Assembly: GCA_043825615.1 (NCBI GenBank)
Contig: JBDRRS010000004.1
Coordinates: 82,567-114,566 of the forward strand
DNA length: 32,000 bases
Origin: a bacterium
GTDB lineage: Bacteria > CG03
Reading direction: 5' to 3'
Shown here: in pieces, positions 8,212-15,795 of the stretch
Position numbering within the stretch: position 1 is the stretch's first letter
Layout of the letters: every line of letters begins with the position of its first letter
Translations under genes and position numbers: made by a program
Notes under the pieces: model-generated
What the model was told of the DNA's origin: nothing
Databases searched by the model: none
The model's input: the letters and a program-made list of their open reading frames with translations, nothing else

Positions 8212-8895
8212 TCAATCTCCTTTTTCTCTGCCCGGCCGCCGTTTCCTTCTTAAAGTTTTTCCGATATATCTTCCGGCAGCCGGTAATTTTTCAAGCATAT
8301 ATTTTTTAATATTCTTATTATGCACCCTGTTCAGCCCGAAAAGACATTCCGCCTGCAGGGGAGCGGCGGAAATTCCGGCTTTCACTGCAATTTCTTTTAT
8401 TTTCCGGGCGCTCAACCGGTAAACCGGATGGCTGTACGTTATGCCGAATTTCCCGGCGAACGCATCCGCCGCATCCATATACGCAGGGGTCTGTTCCGGA
8501 TAATATGTCTGACCTTTTTCAAAGCCGTCGGCAATCCGATTTATATTATTTTTCCTGCAGTAAATGATCGCCTCCGAAAGCATTGCGAGTTTGCACCCGC
8601 AGCACAGCAGGTTGCCGTATTTTTTTACATCGCTCTCGAGTTCCTTAACGGCAATCGCATGGAATAAAACGCGGCTGCTCATCAATTTCCACGAACACAT
8701 TTTTCCGAACCGTTTCTTTATCAAATCCGCTTTGCGGCGGGAATTGTCCAATCCCAGTTCGGCGCCGTTGTCAAAAGTTACCAGATGCGTTCTGTATCCT
8801 TCCCGCAGATAGCCCACCGCCGCGGCGGAGGAGTCCCTGCCGCCCGAAAACAAAACCAGCACTTCCGGAATTCCGGAATGTTTCTGCTTTTTCAC
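8212..8895 (-). CDS. PP-loop ATP pyrophosphatase superfamily protein (adenine nucleotide alpha-hydrolase); exact function unknown
   Basis: It has an N-terminal SGGRDS PP-loop and a CCGCK motif. The start is GTG with no clear Shine-Dalgarno. Confidence 0.6.
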   Translation of the reverse strand: MKKQKHSGIPEVLVLFSGGRDSSAAAVGYLREGYRTHLVTFDNGAELGLDNSRRKADLIKKRFGKMCSWKLMSSRVLFHAIAVKELESDVKKYGNLLCCGCKLAMLSEAIIYCRKNNINRIADGFEKGQTYYPEQTPAYMDAADAFAGKFGITYSHPVYRLSARKIKEIAVKAGISAAPLQAECLFGLNRVHNKNIKKYMLEKLPAAGRYIGKTLRRKRRPGREKGD

Positions 8896-8911
8896 TTTTT
8901 ACGTTTTTTTC

Positions 8912-9325
8912 TCAAAAACCAGAACAGTCCCCGTTCTTTTCGTTCTTTTTCTTATAAACTTCGGCGGGGTTAAATTCCCTGTCCATTATTATCCGCCAAT
9001 TGTTTCCTTCAAGTTGTCTGAAAAAACACGCTTTGTAACCGAGGTGGCAGGCGCCGTAGGCGGCGGGTTTTACTTTTAGGAGCAGAGAGTCCCCGTCGCA
9101 GTCAAGGTAAATCTCAAGAACTTCCATAAAGTTGCCCGACTCCTCGCCCTTCGTCCAGAGTTTCTTCCGGCTTCTTGAATAGAATGTTGCTTTTTTTGTT
9201 TCCACCGTTTTAAGGAACGCTTCTTCATTCATATAAGCGAGCATCAAAACCTGCCCATCCACGCCGATCAGAACAGCGGGAACAAGCCCCCTGCCATCAA
9301 ATTTTATTTCGTCAATCAGAGCCAT
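8912..9325 (-). CDS. hisI: Phosphoribosyl-AMP cyclohydrolase
   Basis: Supporting blocks are GLVPAV....G.VLMLAYMN.EA...T, FYSRSR..LW.KGE.SG and LDCDGD.LL..V. Confidence 0.9.
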   Translation of the reverse strand: MALIDEIKFDGRGLVPAVLIGVDGQVLMLAYMNEEAFLKTVETKKATFYSRSRKKLWTKGEESGNFMEVLEIYLDCDGDSLLLKVKPAAYGACHLGYKACFFRQLEGNNWRIIMDREFNPAEVYKKKNEKNGDCSGF

Positions 9326-10034
9326 ATTTTTCTATCGCCTCCCGTAAGTCCATTTTGTTTTCGTAAACCGCCTTCCCTATTATAACACCCGCCACCCCTG
9401 TCGAGGCAAGGGCTTCCAAATCCTGCAGCCCCTTAACGCCGCCGGAAGCAATAACCGGAATATCCGTCATCCCGACAATTCCCGAATAAAATTCCGGATC
9501 TATTCCCGCCAGAGTCCCGTCTTTCACAATTGAGGTTACAATCACTTCTCTGACAAGCCGTGTTTTCAAACTGTTGAAGAAATCATCCAGCCCCGCGCCC
9601 GAGCCTTCCCTCCAGCCGTGAATCTTCACGTATTTATTCTCCACGTCCGCGCTTAAAACCACTTTATCCGCAAACCACGACAGGATTTCCCCGAACTGCT
9701 GGATATTGTCAAAAAAAACAGAACCGAGGACAATTTTATCAATCCCCTTTTCAATATACTCCTTCGCCGTTTCAAAACGCCTGATTCCTCCGCCGACGTC
9801 AAGAACAACATCCGTTTTTGCTCTTATGTCAAAAATCGCATCCCGCGTGATTTTGTCATCATCGCCGAAAGCGCCGTCGAGATTTACGATATGAAGACGT
9901 TTTGCTCCCTGCCGGCAGAAGACCCCGGCAACTTCCGCCGGGTTTTCAAAATAAACCTTCTCCTTATCCTGTTTCCCCTGGAAAAGACGGACAACACGCC
10001 CGCCCCTCAAATCAATCGCCGGAATTATCTGCAT
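9312..10034 (-). CDS. hisA: ProFAR isomerase
   Basis: Supporting blocks are MQIIPAIDLRGGRVVRL.QG, H.V.LDGA, .GGGIR and ASGGV... at full length. Confidence 0.9.
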   Translation of the reverse strand: MQIIPAIDLRGGRVVRLFQGKQDKEKVYFENPAEVAGVFCRQGAKRLHIVNLDGAFGDDDKITRDAIFDIRAKTDVVLDVGGGIRRFETAKEYIEKGIDKIVLGSVFFDNIQQFGEILSWFADKVVLSADVENKYVKIHGWREGSGAGLDDFFNSLKTRLVREVIVTSIVKDGTLAGIDPEFYSGIVGMTDIPVIASGGVKGLQDLEALASTGVAGVIIGKAVYENKMDLREAIEKYGSD

Positions 10035-10039
10035 AGTTG

Positions 10040-10110
10040 GGATAGTTGGGGACAGGGCTTTTCAAGACCTGTCCCCTTCCATAAGACCTGTCCCCTTCCT
10101 TATAAGACCT
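10040..10110. repeat. GGGGAC-hairpin element plus tandem 19-21 nt units at the hisB/hisA junction
   Basis: On the plus strand the hairpin is ggggacagg (10048-10056) / cctgtcccc (10068-10076). The unit aagacctgtccccttcc is repeated at 10065-10080 and 10083-10099. CCCAACTAT occurs twice just before the hisA ATG. Confidence 0.8.
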
Positions 10111-10715
10111 TTTGTGGAGGGAATTCCTTTCCCCGACGACGCAAGAGCCCTGCCCAGCGCTATGCCGAACGCCTTGAAAACCGCCTCGCTCATGTGGTGA
10201 TTGTCCCTGCCCCCAAGAGAAATAACGTGAATTGTTATGCCCGCCGTATTCGAAACGGCTCTGAAAAAATCTTCTATGAGGCGAAAGTCAAAATCAGATT
10301 TTCTGATGGCGGAAAACTCAACCTTAAAACTCAAAAAAGGTCTCCCCGAAATATCAATCGCGACAAGCGCCAGCGCCTCGTCCATCGGTATTACCGCCGA
10401 GCCGAACCTCGTCAGGCCCTTCCCTTTCTTTATAATTTTTTTCAGGTCTTCACCCAGGCAAATTCCGAGGTCCTCAACGGTATGATGGTCGTCGACTTGC
10501 GTATCGCCCGTCGCTTTTACCTTCAGACAAAATCCTCCGTGACAGGAAAATGCCTCAAGCATATGGTTCATAAAGCCGATGGGGGTATTTATGTCTGCCG
10601 CTGCCGGCCGTTTCTTTCCATCCAATTTTAGCGAAACGCTTATGTCTGTCTCCTTCGTCTTCCTGTGAAAGGTGGCCGAGCTTTTACTTTTTCTTTCCGG
10701 GTTTCTTTTTTTCAT
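10062..10715 (-). CDS. hisB: Imidazoleglycerol-phosphate dehydratase
   Basis: Supporting blocks are R.TKETDI.V.L.LDG, DDHHT.ED.GI.LG and HH..E..FKAFG.AL. After the usual ..PSTKGL terminus the ORF runs on for 13 codons into the repeat. Confidence 0.9.
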   Translation of the reverse strand: MKKRNPERKSKSSATFHRKTKETDISVSLKLDGKKRPAAADINTPIGFMNHMLEAFSCHGGFCLKVKATGDTQVDDHHTVEDLGICLGEDLKKIIKKGKGLTRFGSAVIPMDEALALVAIDISGRPFLSFKVEFSAIRKSDFDFRLIEDFFRAVSNTAGITIHVISLGGRDNHHMSEAVFKAFGIALGRALASSGKGIPSTKGLIRKGTGLMEGDRS

Positions 10716-11877
10716 GACATCTCCTTATCTCTATTGATTTCCTGTGGTTTTCCATTCCCTCCTCGCCCGCAAGAAATACGGCGGCTCCGCTGTCCGAGGC
10801 AAAAGACCTTTTATCGTAACTGATTTCGGCATAACTTCTGAGAAAAGTTCCGGCGCTCAGCCCTGACGCAAAAGAGGCTGTCCCGCCCGTCGGAAGCGTG
10901 TGGGAAGGCCCCGCCGTATAGTCCCCCATCGCGACGGCGGAATACTTCCCGAAGAAAACGGCTCCGCATTTTCCGAACCTGTTCCTGTACCGTGAAACAT
11001 TTTTAACCATTACAAGAAGGTGCTCGGGCGCAATGGATTCAATTTTAGCCGTCTGCTCCTTTAAATCCTTTATAAGAAAAACAGAAATCCTGCGCCCGAA
11101 AACGCCCCTGATAAAATTAAAAAGACGCTTTGAAGGCGTTATGAAATACGCTTTTGTTTCAGGAGCGTGCTCAAGCTGCGCTGCCAGGTCAATGATAATC
11201 CATTCCTTTTTTACGCTTTCGTCGGCAAGAATCATTATCTCGCTCGGCCCCGCAAGCAAATCAATGCCCACCGCGCCGAAAACCTGTCTTTTCGCTTCCG
11301 TCACAAACCTGTTTCCGGGTCCAGCAATAAAATCAACCTTCGGAATTTCCCCCGCCCCGTACGCAAAAGCGGCAACCGCCTGAGCGCCCGAAATTCTGAA
11401 AAGCGAAGTGACCCCCGAAAGATGGCAGGCGGCCAGAAGCGCATCCGAAATTTTTGAACTCGCGATGTAAATTTCTCTGACGCCTGCGACTTTCGCGGGT
11501 ATCGCATTCATAAGCACCGAAGACGGGTACAGGAACCGGCCGCTCGGAACATAAATTCCCGCTTTTTCCACCGGCGTAAAACAATGCCTTATTTTCAAGC
11601 CGTTCCTCCCGTACGTTATATTTTTATAGCCGCCGCGGACTTTCCTCTGAAAAGAATAAATCTTCTCTGAAATCCCCGTCAGAAACCGGCGGGCTTTTTC
11701 CGGAAGCCGTTTATACGCAAGAGAAAAATCACGGGGCATCAGACGGAGCCCGGCGGGGGATACGGAAACGCCGTTAAACTTTTTCTCAAAATTAAGAACG
11801 GCGGCGATTCCGCGTTTCCTGACTTCCTTCAAAACAGTTGAAACGGTTTCTGCCACATTCGTTTTTTTCATAACCAC
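10684..11877 (-). CDS. hisD: Histidinol dehydrogenase
   Basis: Supporting blocks are GAQAVAAFAYG, IAGPGN.FV..AK, LAGPSE, AQLEH, APEHL and GDY.AGPSHTLPTGGTA.F.SGLS. The ORF overlaps the hisB start by 32 nt. Confidence 0.85.
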   Translation of the reverse strand: MVMKKTNVAETVSTVLKEVRKRGIAAVLNFEKKFNGVSVSPAGLRLMPRDFSLAYKRLPEKARRFLTGISEKIYSFQRKVRGGYKNITYGRNGLKIRHCFTPVEKAGIYVPSGRFLYPSSVLMNAIPAKVAGVREIYIASSKISDALLAACHLSGVTSLFRISGAQAVAAFAYGAGEIPKVDFIAGPGNRFVTEAKRQVFGAVGIDLLAGPSEIMILADESVKKEWIIIDLAAQLEHAPETKAYFITPSKRLFNFIRGVFGRRISVFLIKDLKEQTAKIESIAPEHLLVMVKNVSRYRNRFGKCGAVFFGKYSAVAMGDYTAGPSHTLPTGGTASFASGLSAGTFLRSYAEISYDKRSFASDSGAAVFLAGEEGMENHRKSIEIRRCHEKKKPGKKK

Positions 11878-11878
11878 C

Positions 11879-13156
11879 TCAATCCCCTTTTATTGAAACA
11901 TTTGCGCCGAGCAACTTCAACTTCTTGAAAAAATTTTCGTAGCCCCTGAAGAGATGAGACAGGTCGCTCACCGTGGTTTTGCCGTGCGAGGCAAGACCGG
12001 CTATAATCATCGCGGCAGACGCTCTCAAATCGCAGGCGAGGAGAGAAGCGCCGCTTAACCGGGAACGCCGGACGGTAAGAACATCCCTTTTAAGAAACAT
12101 TTTCGCATTCAACCTTTTCAGTTCATCAACATACATAAACCGCCCGGAAAAAATATTTTCTTTTATCCTGGAGACGCCTGACGCTTTAAGCATATAAACG
12201 GCCCACAGCGGCTGTAAATCGGTCGGGAATCCCGGATATGACTTTGTCTCGATTCCTGCCGATTCCGGACGGGCGGCTGCTGTAATTTTTATACTGTCGG
12301 AAAATATCCGAACACCAGCGCCGGTCGCCGAAAGAGCCCTTGTAACCGACGACAAATGCCCCGGAATAATATTTTGAACTTTTACTTCTCCCCCGACGGA
12401 TGCGGCGGCAAGAAGAAACGTTCCCGCCTCAATCCTGTCCGGCATCACGGAAAACCTGCAGCCGGCGAGGCGCTTTTTCCCCGAAATAACATACGTATTT
12501 TTCACATGCGATATGTCCGCGCCCATCGCTTTCAAAAAAAGATAAAGATCATAGACCTCCGGCTCTTCAGCGGCATTGGAAATTACCGTTTTCCCCGGTA
12601 TGCCGGCAGCCGCCATAAGAAGATTTTCAGTCGCGCCCACCGAAGGGAACCGGAGTTTGATATCCGCCCCTTTCAAAGACCCTTTTCCGAAAACCATTCT
12701 TCCCTGTGAAATTTTGTATTCGGCTCCCAGCGCCTGCAAGCCGTCAAGATGAATATCTATCGGCCGCTCGCCCAGGGCGCACCCTCCCGGAACAGCGAAA
12801 GAACCCTTTTTCCTCATAGCAAGAAGCGGACCCATAACAAGAACCGATGCCCTCAACTTTCTTACAAGGTTTTCGGGAAGGTCTTCGTGCTTCGCTTTTC
12901 CCCTGATTTTCGCCGTGTTTTTGGAAAACCCGATTTCCTTGCCCAGCCGCCTCAGGAGTTCAAAAATCACAAAAATATCGTCGAGGGCGGGGACATTTTC
13001 GATAACGCATTCTTCGTCTGTAAGAAGCGTGGCCGCAAGAATAGGAAGGGCGGCGTTTTTGGAACCGCTTATTTTGACAGACCCTGAAAGACGCTCCGTA
13101 AAAAGACATTCCGCGTGCGACTTTTCTCTTCTTGCTTTCAGTATTTTATTTACCAT
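11879..13156 (-). CDS. murA: UDP-N-acetylglucosamine 1-carboxyvinyltransferase
   Basis: Supporting blocks are L.GSVKISGSKNAALPILAA.LL, GCA.G.RPID.HL and FPTD.Q. I prefer start ATG 13156; the track start at 13195 would overlap prmC by 50 nt. Confidence 0.9.
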   Translation of the reverse strand: MVNKILKARREKSHAECLFTERLSGSVKISGSKNAALPILAATLLTDEECVIENVPALDDIFVIFELLRRLGKEIGFSKNTAKIRGKAKHEDLPENLVRKLRASVLVMGPLLAMRKKGSFAVPGGCALGERPIDIHLDGLQALGAEYKISQGRMVFGKGSLKGADIKLRFPSVGATENLLMAAAGIPGKTVISNAAEEPEVYDLYLFLKAMGADISHVKNTYVISGKKRLAGCRFSVMPDRIEAGTFLLAAASVGGEVKVQNIIPGHLSSVTRALSATGAGVRIFSDSIKITAAARPESAGIETKSYPGFPTDLQPLWAVYMLKASGVSRIKENIFSGRFMYVDELKRLNAKMFLKRDVLTVRRSRLSGASLLACDLRASAAMIIAGLASHGKTTVSDLSHLFRGYENFFKKLKLLGANVSIKGD

Positions 13157-13967
13157 TTTGCGCCGTTGCGACCCTCGGTATTCCCGCCAAATCATTATAA
13201 AGTTTTATATCCGCGTACCCGCAATCTTCAAGCAGTTTTCTGACGGGAGCGTTCTGGTCATATCCAATTTCCAGAAAAAGCCGGCCGCGCGGTTTTAAAT
13301 AATCCCCCGCCTGAAGGACTATTCTCCTTATACAGTCCAACCCTTCCTCTCCGGCAAAAAGCGACTGCGGCCTCTGGCGCAGGACGTCCCTGTCAAGTTT
13401 TTCCAAGGATGCCACATAAGGAGGATTGCTTGCAATTATATCAAATTTTCCGGAGACATTTTCAAAAATATCGGATTTAACCGTGATGACCCGCGCGCCT
13501 AATTTCACCGCGTTTCTTTTTGTAATTTCAAGCGCGCGCTCGTCTATGTCCGCCGCCAGGGCCTCCAGATTTGCAAGGAGCGAAACGGAAACCGCAATGA
13601 CCCCGCACCCGCAGCCGATATCAAGAATGGAGCTTGCGCCGCCTGTTACATCAAGAATTTTTTCGATGAGCGTTTCCGTCGAATTTTTCGGTATAAAAAT
13701 TCCCTCCTCTATGTCAAATTTCATCCCGAAAAATTCCGCCTGTCCTAAAATATATTCAACAGGCGCACCGTCATGTCTTAGTTTAAGATTTTTGAGAAGC
13801 TTTCTGCGGCCGGCGGCTTTAATTTTACTCTCGGAAAAATAACTGCGGCCGTACTCAATTCCGAGCGTCCTGTTGAAAATATGCTCAAAATCTTCTTCGG
13901 AAATCCCCGGAAATTCCCCGCGCAGATTTTTAAAACATTCCTTTACTCTTTCCCCTGCATTTTCCAT
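13146..13967 (-). CDS. prmC: Release factor glutamine methyltransferase
   Basis: It has the SAM motif LDIGCGCG and the catalytic NPPY (IIASNPPYV), and it sits directly after prfA. Confidence 0.85.
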   Translation of the reverse strand: MENAGERVKECFKNLRGEFPGISEEDFEHIFNRTLGIEYGRSYFSESKIKAAGRRKLLKNLKLRHDGAPVEYILGQAEFFGMKFDIEEGIFIPKNSTETLIEKILDVTGGASSILDIGCGCGVIAVSVSLLANLEALAADIDERALEITKRNAVKLGARVITVKSDIFENVSGKFDIIASNPPYVASLEKLDRDVLRQRPQSLFAGEEGLDCIRRIVLQAGDYLKPRGRLFLEIGYDQNAPVRKLLEDCGYADIKLYNDLAGIPRVATAQNGK

Positions 13968-13972
13968 TCTTT

Positions 13973-14030
13973 TTCCTTATCAGGGCGGTGGGCGTCTTCG
14001 TCCGCCTGTGGAGGAAGGGTGGCGTCCATT
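13973..14030. repeat. C-rich junction element, long form (copy E1) filling the prfA|prmC gap
   Basis: 13981-14028 is identical over 48 nt to 15100-15147. The element contains the prmC Shine-Dalgarno (minus strand GATAAGGAA). Confidence 0.9.
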
Positions 14031-14031
14031 T

Positions 14032-15045
14032 CTATGCCAGACCTTCCCACAGTTTTTTCGTGACCTCATCCATTTCGCCGTCCATAAAACCGGCTAAATT
14101 ATAAACGGTGAACTTTATCCTGTGGTCGGTCACGCGGTTCTGCGGAAAATTATACGTTCTTATTTTCTCGCTTCTGTCGCCCTGACCGACCTGTGCCCTT
14201 ATTACGTTTTTCATTGACTCCTGCGCCGAGGCAAGCTGTTGCTCGTAAATGCGCGCCTTGAGCATTTTCATCGCTTTGCGTTTGTTCTGCCCCTGAGATC
14301 TTTCATCCTGACAGGAAGTCACGATTCCCGTAGGGATGTGTGTAATCCTCACCGCAGAATCCGTTTTGTTCACATGCTGTCCGCCTTTGCCGGAAGACCT
14401 GTATGTGTCTATTCTCAAATCGGACGGCTCTATCCTGACCTCCACATCCTCCGGTTCGGGATAAACGGCAACGCTGGCCGCCGATGTATGAATCCTCCCG
14501 CTGCTTTCGGTTGCGGGAATTCTCTGAACTCTGTGGACACCTCCCTCAAACCTGAAAAAATAATAGGCGAACTTTCCGCTTGATTCAAAAACGACCTCTT
14601 TTATACCTCCCATATCAATCGAATGTATCTGAAAAATCTCAATCTTTATTCCGTGGGATTCCGTCATTTTCTGATACATTCTGAAAAGGTCAGCCGCGAA
14701 GATTCCCGCTTCCTTTCCGCCCGTGCCAGCCCTTATCTCAACAATAATGGGCCTCCCCTCAAAAGGACTTTTAAAAAATTTCTCTTCCAGTTCTTTCTTA
14801 ATCAGTTCTGCCCTGCCCCGCAGAGCCGCAACCTCATCCCTGTAAAGTTCCTGAAGTTCCGTATCGTCTTTCAATTCCTGATTTTTTTCCAGTTCTCCTT
14901 CAATCTGTTTTAATTTCATGACAGCGTTGTAAAGCGGTTCCAGTTGTTTATACTGTTTATGGATGTCTCTGTTCGAAAAATCGGAAGTCAGGCGGTTTTC
15001 CAGTTCTTTGAAGTCATTTATTATTTTTAAGTATTTCGCGTCCAA
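14032..15045 (-). CDS. prfA: Peptide chain release factor 1
   Basis: It has the GGQHVNKTDSAVRITHIPTG motif and the RF1-type PAT tripeptide (RIPATES). The start codon is TTG. Confidence 0.95.
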   Translation of the reverse strand: MDAKYLKIINDFKELENRLTSDFSNRDIHKQYKQLEPLYNAVMKLKQIEGELEKNQELKDDTELQELYRDEVAALRGRAELIKKELEEKFFKSPFEGRPIIVEIRAGTGGKEAGIFAADLFRMYQKMTESHGIKIEIFQIHSIDMGGIKEVVFESSGKFAYYFFRFEGGVHRVQRIPATESSGRIHTSAASVAVYPEPEDVEVRIEPSDLRIDTYRSSGKGGQHVNKTDSAVRITHIPTGIVTSCQDERSQGQNKRKAMKMLKARIYEQQLASAQESMKNVIRAQVGQGDRSEKIRTYNFPQNRVTDHRIKFTVYNLAGFMDGEMDEVTKKLWEGLA

Positions 15046-15150
15046 TTTTTATTCCTTACCAGGGCGGTGGGAGGGTGGCGTCCAATTCTTATTCCTTACC
15101 AGGGCGGTGGGCGTCTTCGTCCGCCTGTGGAGGAAGGGTGGCGTCCAATT
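15041..15150. repeat. C-rich junction element in tandem (short unit 15041-15080, long unit 15081-15143, then a partial third start)
   Basis: tccaatt + attccttaccagggcggtggg + agggtggcg is repeated, and the long unit carries a 23-nt insert. Each unit repeats the first 8 nt of prfA (TTGGACGC on the minus strand) and its Shine-Dalgarno. Confidence 0.9.
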
Positions 15151-15162
15151 ATTTTGGTGGAG

Positions 15163-15483
15163 CTACTCGTCGTCGTCTTCGGGCGCTGCTGATTTCTTCT
15201 TTTTCGGCGCTTTTTTCGCCGCAGGTTTAGCTTTCTTCGCAACTCTTTTGATTTTCGGGTTTCTGCGGACTGTTTTACCCTCTGTTTTACTGTATCTTTT
15301 CTCGAATCTGCTCAAACTTCCGACACTGTCAATCAGCTTCTGTTTCCCCGTAAAAAACGGATGGCAGGCAGAACAAATTTCAAGTTTTATGTCTCTGCCC
15401 GCCGTCGAACGCGTTTGCCACTCGTTCCCGCAGGTGCAGGAGACCTTAATCAACTTATATTCGGGATGTAATTTTTCCTTCAT
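15163..15483 (-). CDS. rpmE: 50S ribosomal protein L31 with a long Lys/Ala-rich C-terminal tail
   Basis: Supporting blocks are HPEY....V.C.CGN......T......[15 protein letters not shown]...RF. The roughly 40 extra C-terminal residues are [15 protein letters not shown]...EDDDE. Confidence 0.9.
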   Translation of the reverse strand: MKEKLHPEYKLIKVSCTCGNEWQTRSTAGRDIKLEICSACHPFFTGKQKLIDSVGSLSRFEKRYSKTEGKTVRRNPKIKRVAKKAKPAAKKAPKKKKSAAPEDDDE

Positions 15484-15511
15484 TTATATTTCCTCCGTTC
15501 TTCCGGATTTA

Positions 15512-15540
15512 ATTCTCGCAAAAATAAAAACCTGTGTCAA
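15512..15540 (-). promoter_or_regulatory. Candidate sigma-70 promoter for rpmE (TTGACA-N17-GAGAAT)
   Basis: On the minus strand, TTGACA lies at 15540-15535 and GAGAAT at 15517-15512. A GGAGGA Shine-Dalgarno precedes the rpmE ATG. Confidence 0.45.
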
Positions 15541-15562
15541 CATAAATATTCGGCGAAAGAAT

Positions 15563-15591
15563 GGGAAAAGAAGCAAAAATAAAAATGCTTC
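15563..15591 (-). terminator. Candidate intrinsic terminator closing island 2
   Basis: On the minus strand the structure is GAAGCA-TTTTTATTTT-TGCTTC followed by TTTTCCC. The stem is only 6 bp. Confidence 0.35.
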
Positions 15592-15795
15592 TTAAAACTT
15601 TGCCGTAAAACTTACCCTTTGAGTAGTACCGAGTTCGAAATACGGAACAAAGGCATAATCCAGATTATAGCCAAATACCCTTGTTCCTATTCCTCCGCCA
15701 AAACCATTCTGCTCTGTGATTTTATTGTTTGATAAATTATTGTAAAGAGCCCCTGCCTTTTCTCTGAAAAAATTGTTTTCATTCTTTGGCTTCCC
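15592..15795 (-). pseudogene. C-terminal remnant of an outer-membrane beta-barrel-like protein with no start codon
   Basis: This is a 67-codon open frame ending ..GYNLDYAFVPYFELGTTQRVSFTAKF*, which has alternating hydrophobic residues and a terminal Phe like an OMP beta-signal. It contains no ATG, GTG or TTG, is bounded upstream by stops, and overlaps the 3' end of the TPR gene. Confidence 0.4.

Noticed and set aside
9891-10631. Long plus-strand ORFs antisense to core genes: 9891-10631, 14963-15595, 23374-24180, 28095-28760, 6798-7385 and 7453-7911.
   Set aside because: All lie opposite strongly supported minus-strand genes and have low-complexity, Arg/Pro/Ser-rich translations with no recognisable motifs. 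They are typical shadow ORFs.
13968-15162. Short direct repeats that could have been a CRISPR array.
   Set aside because: There are only two or three units. The unit lengths are unequal (40 and 63 nt), the units abut with no unique spacers between them, and no cas genes are present.
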